Shown: in pieces, positions 13,001-25,538 of the stretch
Layout of the letters: every line of letters begins with the position of its first letter
How positions within the stretch are numbered: position 1 is the first letter of the stretch
NCBI GenBank assembly: GCA_905178155.1
Contig: CAJINV010000010.1
Coordinates: 1,160,709-1,224,708, forward strand
Direction of reading: 5' to 3'
DNA: 64,000 bases
From: Amoebophrya sp. A120
Lineage: Eukaryota; Protista; Dinoflagellata
The notes under the pieces: generated by a model
What the model was told of the DNA's origin: nothing
The model's database searches: none
What the model saw: the letters and a program-made list of their open reading frames with translations, nothing else
Translations under genes and position numbers: made by a program

Positions 13001-14363
13001 TGTAAGAACAAGAACTCGGGGGTGAAAAAGGACGATAGCTGCAAGGGAGTGTATTACGACCAGAAGATTGAAAATTGGACAAGTTTGGACGGAGATTACA
13101 AAAAGCAGCTGCTTGGACAGTGGAGCAGTCCTAAAAGTCCCGCTCTTCATCCCGTCGGAGGCCATGGCGACCAGAAAAACAGAAACAAAGCCGGCGACAC
13201 GCCTTTCACCAAACTGCTCTCCCTGCCGCTGGCGGAGTTTTTACACCTCTTTTTGGAAGCGGACCAGAAGGAGATCCGGAAAATAGCGGAAGTAATCGAC
13301 GTGACGGTGCAGGTGCATATGCATTTGCAAAACTACAATCGTACTTAGTATAAATCGCATCACAAATTAGCTCAGCATGAGAAATGGAATTTGTCACGCT
13401 GATTTGCCTTGGGATGGAGATTTGTAATGCATGACTGCGATTGCTATGAGTGCGATGCTTTCGCACAGGATAGTGCACTTGACGGCGCAATTTCTTCGAG
13501 TGAACGATGAAGACAAACTTTTGAAGTTTTCCGTCGATCAGGCGTATGACTGCGCGGCTGTACAACAACTAGCCAGTGATAGTCGTAGGGGTAGGACTTC
13601 TTCTATTTCTACAAGTGGTGCTAGTAAAACTAAAACAACACCGCCTCCTCTTGGTGGTGCTCTGAACAAGCACAATCTGATGAACTGCGCGGTCTATCTG
13701 GAGGTGATATCCAATCCCGAAGGTGACACCCCGATCCTCTCGGGGAAAATTCGGAAGGATTTGATCGAGAAGCGGATGCGCTGGGTCTGGGAGCAGGACG
13801 TTTTGGAAGAGGAAACACCGCTGTTTTTGGAGAACTTCCAAAGAATGCGGGAGAAGCAGAAGAATTTTTCTGTCGCGAGAACAACCTCTAGTACAGGGTC
13901 CTCGTCCTCTAGTCATCTCCCCGAGGATTCGAGAACGTCGAGAAACAAGAACGTCGACCTCTCGGTGTACAAGGCGTTCGGCGTCATGGGGGTCTTCCTC
14001 GCCTGCGTCATATGAGAGTGCACAGTGCCCCCGCCTCGCCCTCCCCGTCATTTGTATGGCCTGCTGCTGCTGTGAAGACCAGCAACAGAAGCAACGGCAG
14101 AAATGCCGCTTCCGCATGACAAGTTATCTGCACACGGAGTGTAGTACTCTTTGAGGTTTCATCGCAAGATGAACTTCTCATGCAGACAGTGGCAGTGCTT
14201 CAATGCAAGACGAGAGGTTCTTGCCGCTTCGCATAGTACTTATACAAACGAGGGGGACGTCGAGGGGAGATTTTTTGGACTCTCATACGTCACTGGCTGC
14301 ATCGTGCTCTTCGTCCAGCGGAAATGGTGGCAAGCCCGGACCTCGGCCCGGGCGTTAGAATGA
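10074..14363 (+). CDS. LicD/fukutin-family nucleotidyltransferase-fold membrane protein, about 961 aa
   Basis: Exons 10074-10178, 10446-10504, 10832-10839, 11059-12033, 12183-13317, 13478-14010, 14293-14363 (2886 nt, in frame). Motif YFISSGSLIGPERHGMLIPHDHDFD; N- and C-terminal TM helices. Confidence 0.82.
10179..10440. mobile_element. Introner, family A
   Basis: About 30-bp TIR TATCAAATGCAAAAATGTTTGGGTCTGGAAGAATGC; DR TCCTG/TCCTG. Confidence 0.92.
10505..10826. mobile_element. Introner, family A (diverged)
   Basis: TAT..ATGTCTGGGT / ACCCAGACAT..ATA; DR GACAC/GACAC. Confidence 0.88.
10840..11053. mobile_element. Introner, family D
   Basis: TATCACAAGAAAAAAGTGTTACTGTTACACA TIR; DR TTTGA/TTTGA. 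Confidence 0.92.
13318..13472. mobile_element. Introner, family B
   Basis: TAT..ATA; DR GTGCA/GTGCA. Confidence 0.88.
14011..14287. mobile_element. Introner, family H-like
   Basis: TATGAGAGT / ACTCTCATA; DR CGTCA/CGTCA. Confidence 0.85.
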
Positions 14364-17183
14364 TGAGAAAACACTACTTACATCATTGCGGTGGTTAATG
14401 CGGTGAGTCAGTGCAAGTAGACATAGAAGAGATCATGGTCCTCGGGTACTACAACTTCTAGGAGCAAGAACTGCTGGTTTTACTTGCGAAGAAGAAGATC
14501 ATTTTCTCTTCGACGGGGCAACAAACTGCAGAAAAACGGGGACCAAGTGGATCATGCGGAGGGGGAACAAGTTTGATGAAATTTTAACGGCGATAATAAA
14601 TTAAGGCGAAATTATGAAATAAACATCTTCACGGCCGCAGGGAGTGGGACGAACATAATTCGAGATCGCCGAGAGGAACAAGGCGCCCGGGGATGGTCCT
14701 CGCCCGGGACCGGTCCTGCTTCTTCCTGGCATCCTTGAAGACTGGACGCTGGAACACGCGACTGGCGCAGGGGACCACGGGGACGATCAGGGGAAGAGTT
14801 TTTAAAGACGAGCGCTGCACAACCACGACGTCTAGAACCTGAACCGAAATGATGAAAATATCGCACGGAGCCCGTCGTCATCGACAGTAGCAGCGGAAGC
14901 TTTCGCCGAGAAATGTTGGACGATATGAGTATAAAGATGCGGTGGGTAAGTGCAAGTGGAAGCCGCGAACAAGCCGGCGAGGACGCGGATTTGTTAAAGT
15001 GGCGAGGAAGACGATGGTCTCGATAAGGAAGCAACTATACTCCAGTCGTGGAAGACGGTGTTGATGTTGTGTACTAAAACTAGTTTCGTGTTCATCTCGG
15101 GCCGTTTAATTTCTTTCAACAGAGGTGAAATTTTCAAGAGTTATTGTGCTACTGCAATCTGGCGGCCGAATTTTGTAAGCGGTCCTGCTAGTCGTAGTCG
15201 TGCTTTCACTTCCACCAGAATTTTTTAAGACATACATCACAACGACATGACTTGATCGAAAGCAACATCCACATCTACTTAATGGTCGCAAATATTATCC
15301 GTACTAGCTGCTCACTAGAATAGATCATTCCAAAGTCACGCCGAGGTACTGTTCTGTCATGGATCTTGTGCCTTCTCCGGCATGAACCGGAGCCCCATGT
15401 TACTGTCTGATTGACGTCCTGAGAGAAACGGATTTCTCCATGAAGAACAGCGACAGTAATATGCTCCACGACCAAGAACTTCGGTGTACGTAGCAGGTTC
15501 GTCAGATTTGTTGGCTGCTTGGGAAGAGACATGAGAATTTGAGACCGCATAGAAGACTTCCTTGTAAGATTTGTTGAAGATTACAGTGACGAAGAGGAAA
15601 ATGAAAAAGCATCAAGATAATTTGCCGCGTCAGGGCTGGTCGTGTGCATCACCATCTGTGTGACTTTGTTGGCACGAAGAACAAAGTGCTGAAGCGCTGA
15701 TGCTCAGCCGGTTATGTCGAAGTCAGTAGTTGCCCAGTCGGTCGTGAGTCGGTGTTGTAAACACCAGATCCCTTGTCACGAATGAATTGATGTGAGATGC
15801 ACACAGCATAGAAATCGGTCTCAGTCCTGCCTCAGTGTGGTCAGCATTGCTCTCTTTCTCCAGCCGCGGCACATCGTATTGCATCACCCTCGCCCGAGAA
15901 AAGCAATTTTTCATTCTGTTTGTGTTTCAATGATGAGCGAAATTTAATCGCGATTAAGAAACGTTTCCTCGGTCATTGAAGATTTCGTCGGTAGTAATAG
16001 ATACTCATCTGTGTAGAAGAGACAGATCGAGCCGAGAGAGTCACTCACCATCGTGAGAAGATGAAATAAAGAGCAGCTTTTCGGCATTTATTCGCATCTT
16101 CCCGATTATTTTCCTCGCATTGATGCTGTCGCGATCGTGCTGTCAAGCTTTTCATACGTCGTTTTTTTTTTCATCGCAACTTTCGACTTCGTGAAAATCA
16201 AAATTCGAAAAACGCACCCCAGGACCATCGAAAGTTTGCAGCTTTTAAGAAGTATCTTGAGGTTGTCCTTGACATTTGTATTGTTTCCCCCATAGTTTTT
16301 TAGTTTCCCTACCACTTTTCTTGCCCTATCGTTCGGAGAGAAGTTTATTAGCTTTCTGATCATAGAGCGGGACGAGCTAGTTTATTTCACAAACATTTTG
16401 CCCCTAACGTGCTCAAGTCAACATCTACCAGTACTAGTCCTCCTTTCACATCAATTCAGGTAGTGCCTGAAGGTCTAATCATAGTATCTCGACATCACGT
16501 CCCATAAAGTTGTACGAAGGTGTCAAGTTTTTAAACAAGTAGTACACAAGAACTTATCGAGTACCCCAGCATCCATAATTCCATATCAACCACCGACCCA
16601 CAAAACTTACTAGCGTTTTTTTTTTTCTGTGTAAAAATCTTCTCACCTCGTGATTGCTCAAAAATTCCAAAAGTGAACGGAAGTTTCCGTTTTAAGACTT
16701 CTGCGAAGGTTTGACAAATCACTACAAGACTAAGAGTTTAAGTACACTTCTCGCCCTTGTAAGATACCGAACTCAAACTTCTTTGAGAAGTAGAGGAACT
16801 AGAACTACATTTGGTCGTTGCACATTTCAACATAATTCTGGCACATCAACAAGATCGAGAAAAACCTACCTCGTCAAGCTCGTCAGACCAGATTGACTTT
16901 GACGTCGAAAGGGTAAAGCAACAAGCTATTGTACCGTAGTACAACACCACGGTCGCAGCTCTGTCCTCGAAGTTTTTCAAGAAGTTAAAAATCGACTGCG
17001 ACCGGCAGGACGAGAAGTACCACGACGATCATAACCTCCGCCAGGACATAGATCGAAAAATTGGACAACGAGGACCAGCACGCGTGACGTAGTTGCAGCC
17101 ACGCAACCTGAAGTGCTGGGAATAAAATAAAGGTAAAATAACCACGAGGACTACAGCACGAAACACACGACTCCGCGAACAAG

Positions 17184-20100
17184 ATGTCTTCTTCCTCTTC
17201 TAACAAAGTTACCGCAGGCGGAGCTCCTGTGCCACCCAGTGTCAGTGCAGCCTCCGGAGCCGCGGCCATGCCGTATCAACAACCCTATCCGGCATCTCGC
17301 GAACGACCTGCGGAGCAACCGGAACTCGACCGCGAGATTGTTCCCCCGCGGGGGAGAGAGGTCGATGAGAACGTGAACAACGGTGAAAACAAGTCCGAGC
17401 ACCCGGAAAATAACAAGATGGTGCCCTTCAAGATCGGGCAGCCAACGACGGTTACGCAGGCAGTGCCGAGCACAACCGGAAACAAGATGGAATACGTCTG
17501 CGTCTGCAGCTACACAAAAATCGACAATCTGGCGCATCAACCGAAAGGTACTGGTGACTAGTTTGTCATGCTGTGCAGGGTTTGAAGTTGGAACTTGAAG
17601 GTAGGAGTCGCTTTCTCATGCTTCTAGTACACCACCACTAGAAATTAAAATTTCATCGTTAAATAAACTCAAGGTACCCCTGCGGACCACACGATGACGG
17701 TTTTCGGGTTGTGCCACGAGTCCGGCCGCCTGACGTACCCCATGTAAAAACGTTCCCACCATACAGTTGTCATGCGTATCTCCATGCTTAAACTGTTTCT
17801 CATGCGGAGCCCCATGAGAAGTATTGTCCATTTCCAGTTGTGTCTTCCTCTTTCCATTTGTGAAGCTCAAATCCGCATGACAGATTAGATCTGTGATGCT
17901 GCTGAGCTAGCTAAGCAGGACAATGGCACGATGAGGCCAAACTTGTCATGCGCAACAACCAAAGCTGGTTGATTTGTCTAGCAGATTCCCCATCTTGAGT
18001 ATGGGGTGGGGACGTTTTTCCTCAGGATATGACGAAGCTTTTCGTCACGGCGGATATGGACAAGGAGCTGCAAAACACGGCTTTTGTGCGGTCCCACCCG
18101 AACAAGAATGTTCTCTACGCAGTGACGGAATCGATATGAACATGGACAACTCCCCCTCCCCCTCATTTGTCATGCAAAATGCCCAATCCAGGCTGTACCT
18201 CTTGGCACTGTTTGCATGACAAGGTCTGGCAGCCCAAATAGCACTACAATCCAGTGCAAATTTGTCATGCAAACTCCGCATTTTCGCTGGCGCTTGTATT
18301 GCCGTTCATGCTCTACAAATGAGGGGGAGAGCGAGTTGTGCACTGTCATAGTCGATTAACGACAACGGCTGGCTCTTCGCGTTCCGCCTGTGTCCGGTCA
18401 GCGGGCAGCTTCGGGAAGTCGGCAAAGTGTCCACACACGGAAGAAGTGCGTGCTTCATCACGGTATAATATATATAGAAAATGTAGATTCTTAATTCTCG
18501 ATGGTCGTGATGCATGACTGTCATGCATCACGACCATCGAGAATTAAGAATCTGTATACTACTACTACTCGCATGACAAATAAAAGTGTACCAAAAATCA
18601 CCGAAAAAACAGCTTTCCCGCGACCTGCGTTACCTGTTAGTGATCAACTACTGGGACAGTACCATGGCTTCCATCCCGATCGACGAGGAGGGTTTGTTAT
18701 GCATTGCAAATGTGTCTAGATGTGGAACATTGACATTGAAACTTGTGATGCGCAGTTTGGATCAGACAAAAATCTGTCATGCATGGAAAGCAAAAGTGGT
18801 AGTGGCCTACGCCTATTTCTTATTATCTAAGTCGGGAAATTGAAATTCTCATGCGAGCTAGGCATTGAGAAAGCCCCTCGAAATCAGCGATGCGATTACT
18901 GGCATGCCAAAGCTTTTGGGTCATGCAAAACAGCATGACAAAGACAAAGCTCGCACTTTCCCCGATCCACCAGACATGTTTGCGCTTGATATTTGTTTCT
19001 GACCAACCAGCTGTCGGTGAAGAAAAACCAGATACCCGGCAACAACGCCTCCAAGGACCGCACGGCGCACGGTAACGACCCGCACAGCAAGCACCGGTTC
19101 GCCGAATCCCACGCTCACGCCTGCGTGTTCGACCCGGCGTTTGGCAAGATGGCCTTCGTGCCGGATTTATGCATCGCAAATATGTCTGGGTCTGGAAACT
19201 TGTGATGCAACAAAAGTAGGAACTGGTGCGTCTGCGTGCACACTGTAATGCGTTGCCAAGTATGACAAGTTTTTCCAAGGTCCTGAGTTGCGTACCTCGC
19301 TGCATGAGAAACTGCGATTTTGTATGACAGATTAGGGGCTCCTCTTGGCGGCCACGCAATACAGAGTTCAGAGTCATGGCAGACTAGCATGACAAATCTC
19401 GTCGCAATCTCCCAGACCCAGACATATTTGCAGTTGATACGATTTGGGCGAGGGGGTGATCAAGCAGTTTGTGTTTGACGAGAACAACGGCGCGGCAAAG
19501 TACTGCGGGACCATTGATTGCGGCAAGGAAGCCGGCCCACGATACCTGGAGTTCCACCCGAAGTTGGATGTCTGTACTGCGATTTTTTTTTTGTTATAGA
19601 AGAGTGCATGACGGGTTGTCTGTGTCTATGTCGTTACTGCATGACAAATAAGTACCCAGTGCTACAACTTTACATTCAAAAAATTATCCCTCAGGCTACG
19701 TCGTGAATGAACTCTCCTCCTCCGTGCTGGTTTTCCGGTTTGACGAGCTGCGTGTGCAAGAAGCCTTCGAGAACGCCGTGCTGCAGCCCAACAACACAAA
19801 TTTCCAGCCCGCGCTGGACAAGGTACAGGAGATCTCCACGCTGCCTGAGGCGTTTCCGAAAAAGCTGAACACCTGTGGACGGATCTGCGTGGACCCGAGC
19901 GGCAAGTGGGTGTTGGTCTCGAATCGCGGCCACGATTTATCCTGAGCAAAAACGTCCCCACCCCAGAGTCAACAAGATGGAAAATCTGCTAGACAAATCA
20001 ACCAGGTTTGGCTTGTTTGGCATGACAAGTTTGATCCTGTAGTGTAACAAATCCTGTTTAGGTAGTTCAGCAGCATCATAGACCTAGCATATCATGCTGG

Positions 20101-21201
20101 TTATAGCATCACAAATTCCAAATCCAAAACGCGCCACCTAGTGAATTCTTCTCATGGGGCTCCGCATGAGAAACTTTTTTGGCATGCAGGTTGGCATGAC
20201 AACTCTGGTGAGGTGGGGACGTTTTTACAAATGATACGACTCCATCGCGGTGTACCCCATCAACAAGCAGACGGGGAAACTCTGCAACGCGAAATACCAC
20301 CACACCGGCGGTTATGCATTGCAAATATGTCTGGGTCTGAAAATTTGTAATGCTGACAGACGTAGCCTGAGAAGGCCACAAATGATGCCTCAGCATGACA
20401 AGTTTCTCAGCTTCTAAGTGTTGCCCATTCTGCATGACAAACTGCGTCTCTGCATCACAGAAAAATACTTAGGGCTTTTGAGTAACGTGCATGACAGACT
20501 TAAGAGTCTTGCCAGCCTGGCATGACAAACCTTGCGCTTTTCCAGACCCAGACATATTTGCAGTGCATAGCAGCTTCACACCGAGACACTTCAAGTTCTC
20601 GACCAACGGAAATTTCCTCTTCTCCGCCAATCAGGACTCGAATTGCGTCTGCGTGTTCGCTATCAAATCTTGCAATAGAAGCATGTCCGGGTTCAGCTGT
20701 GGAGGAAAGGATCAGGATGTTGTGCATGCCCTTGATTGGTGTTTGTCATGCGCCGGTGTTTTCTTCATCTTCATCAACATGGAATGTACTAGGAAAACCA
20801 TGACATCAAGAAAAACGCTTGTTGAACTTGAATAGCATGCCACGCCAGCGTTACAGGTTTTTAGATGTTGCCACGATCTCCTTGTTAATGCCTGTACTGT
20901 TGCGTGAGAATGAGAAATACTTAAAAATTTGTGTCCCGTCTTTTGGCACAAGAACTTTGACTTCCGCAAAACAGAACTCCTTGTTATTCGCATCAACTAT
21001 ACCGCAAGAAGTTTGCATTCGTTCCCCAACTACCAGACGACCCGGACTACATCAAGTTTGCAATGCATACCCCCCTTCAACAGCCGTAGCGGGGATCTGA
21101 CCTACCTCCGCAGCTACGACGTGAAATCGCCAAATTTTATCGAGGTCAAGAAGCCAAGCTCGAGTCGCAAACTGGCAGCCTGGATGTACGCCAGAATGTG
21201 A
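17184..21201 (+). CDS. pgl: 6-phosphogluconolactonase / cycloisomerase-2 family 7-bladed beta-propeller, about 514 aa
   Basis: Exons 17184-17547, 17674-17735, 18035-18134, 18356-18462, 18613-18697, 18997-19167, 19445-19573, 19695-19937, 20242-20312, 20575-20660, 21075-21201 (1545 nt, in frame). Motifs VINYW, HAH, VPDLG, GPRYLEFHP, YVVNEL, SNRGHDSI, PRHF, ANQDS; several are reconstituted only across introner junctions. Confidence 0.92.
17736..18029. mobile_element. Introner, family C (starts TAC)
   Basis: DR TGACG/TGACG; TIR AAAAACGTTCCCACC / GGTGGGGACGTTTTT. Confidence 0.9.
18135..18350. mobile_element. Introner, family H
   Basis: TAT..ATA; DR ATCGA/GTCGA. Confidence 0.9.
18485..18553. repeat. 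Perfect 34-bp-arm palindrome inside GT-AG intron 18463-18612
   Basis: AGATTCTTAATTCTCGATGGTCGTGATGCATGAC, one T, then its exact reverse complement. Confidence 0.95.
18698..18991. mobile_element. Introner, family A-like (diverged)
   Basis: TAT..ATA; DR TTTGT/TTTGT. Confidence 0.85.
19168..19439. mobile_element. Introner, family A
   Basis: DR GGATT/CGATT; splits VPD-LG. Confidence 0.92.
19938..20236. mobile_element. Introner, family C
   Basis: DR CGATT/CGACT; splits SNRGHD-SI. Confidence 0.92.
20313..20569. mobile_element. Introner, family A
   Basis: TIR GCAAATATGTCTGGGTCTG; DR GCGGT/GCAGC. Confidence 0.9.
20661..21069. mobile_element. Introner, degenerate family A-like
   Basis: TAT..ATA with eroded TIR; flanks TTCGC/CCCCC; removing element plus 5 nt restores VFAFNSRSGDL. 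Confidence 0.78.
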
Positions 21202-24049
21202 CGCCGGCGCGGAGGTGCTGTTTGATAAGTATTCGGTACCAGGGTTCTACCTTCCTGATGGGTAGTTTCTGTCATGTTTACAATTTTTATCACAGAATAG
21301 AGAAAACAGGATGATACTGTAGTGCGACGAGAAGGAACAGAAAGTGGAGTTGAAATATAACTGTTAGCATCGATCGTACTTAACCTAGCCTGCCTTGTAT
21401 AAAAATGTTCAAATTCAATAAACACTTCGTTACGCACGTAGAAGATCGAATAGTACAGAACTCGCCGATTTCATCCTCGTTTCGTTTCGCACACGCAGAG
21501 GAAATTTAAAAGCAAGGCTATGTATCATCTCCTATCTTGTTTACCTTTACTTCATCCTAGTAGCCGAGACTTCTGGGCTTCGAAAAGAAAAAAGACGAGG
21601 CTGTCAGACGAACAAGTAGATTTTAGTTCTTCTTCTTCTTCTTCTAGCGACAGAGTTTATGACCACTATTTTATCGACATATCTGCTTACAATGCGAAGG
21701 AACTTGCATCATGGCAGCATTCTTGTGCTTGCACTGTTGAATTGAAATTCGAATCAAGGTTTCAAACGAAATAATCGAAGTACTAGTACAACAAACGAGT
21801 GTGAAATTAAGTGTGATATTTTGTCTTTTTCAGATTCTAAATCCTGTCAGATCTAGATCGCTCGACGACGAAGCCAAGCTAGGAAAATAATACTGGATGC
21901 TTTTTCTAGTTTGGTTTCGGAGTTTAGTGTCTTATCTGAAAGAACACCAAGACTCCTTTTCCTTTAAATTGAAGCAAGGTCGCGTAAAGTGCTTGCCTCT
22001 TGGGGTAGCCAGTTTTATTGTACAATACTACCCGGTGACCATTTTTATGTTGGAAGATGAAAACATCATCGAGTTCTTGAAGGCTAATGTATTGTCATAA
22101 GGGAAGAAAGAGATAGAGAAACCAAACCAAATAAGAAAAATAAAGCTTCGAATCATAATTTTTCCCAATTAAAAAAACAGTAGAAAACCGCTAAGTTAGA
22201 CTACAACTTAGTTGTTTATTTCGTCTTCATAGCCGCATTGACATTGTGCCTGCGGGCGTGTGCAAGTGCAGAAGCTCTGCTCTCACGAGGAGGGGTTTGA
22301 AAACGATACCACGATTGTCGTACTAGGAGGGAGAAGCAAATAAAGCATAGAATAAACCGACGTCGAGATGATCGCGATACGCAGCACCTGAAGATGATAC
22401 GAAATTCTATGCTCAAGTACCGCCAAGACCTCTTTGCCACTCAACAGCTGCGTACAAACTCTTCTGCACACCTACCTCCATCAAGACTTTAAGTTTCTGG
22501 TGAAGGAAACGATGAATCACCAACGGAAAATAAAATTACAGCTTCACTAAAAAACCATACTATAATTGGCAAAGGGTATAGAAATTGACAAGGAAACAAA
22601 TACAAAAGGATTAAAAGGTCATAGTTTAAAAGACAGCTAGAAAATAAGCAGTACAACCTCCCGTGTGCTTTAGTGTGCTCCGTGTTTGTAAAATCTCAAT
22701 AGAACAACGTCAACTGGTTCAATAGCCGTGAGGGTGGAGGTCCGCGTCTTTGCATTGTATGAGGGAAGAGGTGCACGTGCAAAAATTCACCAACCGGGTT
22801 TCCGGGATGAGACACGCCCCGCGGTTATTGACTATTTGATTTTCTCATCTGCACGTAAGAGAAGACTTTCACTGATAGGTTATTTTTAGCAAAATACATC
22901 AACATCGAAAATCGGGAACACGAAGCTGCCGTGTGAATCGCTGGCCCGCCCGAGATAGAAGATGACAATTGGTGGAGCTCAGTAGTTGAGTTTCTCTCGA
23001 ATAAGATTTTGATTTACGAGTACCTTTGGCGATTCTTGCTTGCCGCCAGTTTTACATTCTGCTGCTTGGTCAGCGGTGAGGCGACTGACTATGATGTTCA
23101 ACACCCGTTATTTGCGAGGTTTATTTGTTTGGGCAGTTGTCGTCGTGTCTGTGCACCACTCCGCCCTAAGATAGTCCCATGATCGGTCAATTAGCTTGTC
23201 CGTCACTCCGTCCGAATTCCTATTCGGTGGGAAGAACTACATGTCAAGAAAACGGGTGACAAGTAGGGGCGTCGCTTATCAATTGAGGAGTAGTTGTACT
23301 TGCACAGTCTCGATTTATTTCACGGGATCGTCGCGCGTCGTGGTCGTGTATCGAAAAAACAAAATCAAAATCGTCTTCGTCCTGTTCTTCGGCACAAGGT
23401 CTTCTACCTTAATCGCGTTGAGTACGTACTACTATCAGTATCTTCACTGAGTATACGGGGAATTCACATTCATCATGAGGTTAATCTCCTGCTTGAGGTT
23501 GAGCAGTAGTAAGCGTACAACGTATTTGGATCTCGAGCCGCCCTGGAGGGGGCACAACGGTGCGAAACATTCCTCATAACGTGAGAAGAACAGCGCGCAA
23601 GGAAGCCAAGAATAAACTGAAATGCACTACTATTGTGACAACATGCGCTATCTAAAACCGTTGAACTAAACAGCAAGAGAAACTACACTAGTGTGAAGAA
23701 GCATTGAGGACACCAGCAGCAGGATAATTTCTTGGCTTGTAGAGTCAAGAACCTGAACCACTTCGCTGAAGCAAAAATACTAGACATAGTACGATCAAAG
23801 CCACGAAACAAAACATGTTGCGTAGAAGTGTGCACGCCCAGAAGTTGCTCCTTCTCCAGGGAGGGACGGCTAATTACATCCTGTCGTTCGAGTCGCAGCT
23901 GATGACCGCCAGAGCGGTCGACGTGGCGGAGATCGTGGAGAAGCCAGTTACAACAACTTCGGAGATTCAGTTTGACGCGGAGTTTACCGACGCGGTCGTC
24001 GACGGAGAGCAGGACGAGGACCACCACGAAAAAAACACGATGGCAGCGG

Positions 24050-24308
24050 TATGGCCTGCTCAAACGTTACAATCTCAAACGTTACAACAATAGAATCTGG
24101 AATTTGTATTGCATGAGGAGCATGAGGAACGCAGAGAGAATTGAGCTTTTCGCAATACAAATTTTGCCAGATTTCAGGTGGGTTTGGGACTCCGAAACCT
24201 GTCAAGCGCAATCCTATGGGAGTAGGCTAGATCATGCAGTTCTTGCATCACAGATTTCCAGATTCTATTGTAACGTTTGAGATTGTAAAAACGTCTGAGC
24301 GGGTCATA
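24050..24308. mobile_element. Introner, family K
   Basis: Long TIR containing GCTCA.ACGTT..TACAATCTCAAACGTTACAA..ATAGAATCTGGAA; DR AGCGG/AGCGG. Confidence 0.92.
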
Positions 24309-24691
24309 AGCGGCGAGCGCCGTCCTCGATTTGAATCAACCGGAGGAGAAGGAAGCTGCGTGGGATGTGACCTATCGGGAGTTCAACAGCGGCACTACTC
24401 GCACCTTGACCGAGGATGAGCGCCTTGCATTCTTCGCGCCCCCGTCGGAGGATGACAAGGAGCCGGGCGTGCGTGTATCATCTTCCTCTTCGGGGAGCGG
24501 GGACTTTGCCAGAATTTCCAACGCCACGATGGAGTGCGCGGACAAGGAGGCGCAGGCCAAGTGGTGCGCGTGCAAGACCAAGACGTCGAACTTTGATGAC
24601 CACGGCTCCGGAGAATGCTTGCTGGACCCGAATGTAGTTCCGATCGTCGACCTACAGCTCTTGCATGGAACGCCGGGGCGCTGCTGGGGAC

Positions 24692-24835
24692 CGACAAACT
24701 GCGTGACAAACTGCTGGGGATTCTGCATGACAAACTGCGCTTCTGCATCACAGAAAAACGCAGATCTTGGGTAACGTGCATGACAGATTTAAGAGTCATG
24801 CCAGACAAGCATGACAAACATGAATTCTTCCAGAC
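24692..24835. mobile_element. TIR-less fragment of a family-A introner inserted in an exon
   Basis: 24720-24835 is identical to 25938-26053; flanked by GGGAC/GGGAC. Confidence 0.8.
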
Positions 24836-24906
24836 GGGACACATCACGGTCAACGCCGAGAAAACCGGAATGATCCGCAGCAGTCTTACCTGCAACTACG
24901 ACGGCC

Positions 24907-25170
24907 TATCAAATGTAAAAATGTCTGGGTCTGGAAGAGTGTGAACTTGTCATGCAGGTTTTCCATGTCCCTTGAGGTCTGGAATGCGGGACCTAGCATG
25001 ACAGAGTCTGTGAGCAGGTCTCTATCGTGCCTATCCTGCATGAGAAACTCCCTCCCAACTTGGTCGAAAGTGGACAGCTTTTGGCACTCATGCAACACAG
25101 ACTTTTGCATGATTCGGATTTAGCATGACAAGTTGCAATCTTCCAGACCCAGACATTTTTACAGTTGATA
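24907..25170. mobile_element. Introner, family A (copy 1 of tandem duplication)
   Basis: Near-identical to 25242-25505; left DR CGGCC. Confidence 0.9.
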
Positions 25171-25241
25171 CGAGCCTCCGGCGTCATCCAACGCCGAGAA
25201 AACCGGAGTCCGCAGCAGCCTTACCTGCAAGTACGACGGCC

Positions 25242-25505
25242 TATCAAATGTAAAAATGTCTGGGTCTGGAAGAGTGTGAACTTGTCATGCAGGTTTTCCA
25301 TGTCCCTTGAGGTCTGGAATGCGGGACCTAGCATGACAGAGTCTGTGAGCAGGTCTCTCTCGTGCCTATCCTGCATGAGAAACTCCCTCCCAACTTGGTC
25401 GAAAGTGGACAGCTTTTGGCACTCATGCAACACAGACTTTTGCATGATTCGGATTTAGCATGACAAGTTGCAATCTTCCAGACCCAGACATTTTTACAGT
25501 TGATA
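25242..25505. mobile_element. Introner, family A (copy 2)
   Basis: DR CGGCC/CGGCC. Confidence 0.92.
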
Positions 25506-25538
25506 CGGCCCCATGGATTACAAGTGCGAGCCTCCGGC

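Noticed and set aside
14400-17150. Short minus-strand ORFs as genes
   Set aside because: No motifs, no introners, and unlike the confirmed exons; treated as intergenic.
20982-20991. Alternative right end of introner 20661 at a perfect TTCGC repeat
   Set aside because: Gives a premature stop and loses the last propeller blade; the 21069 end fits better.
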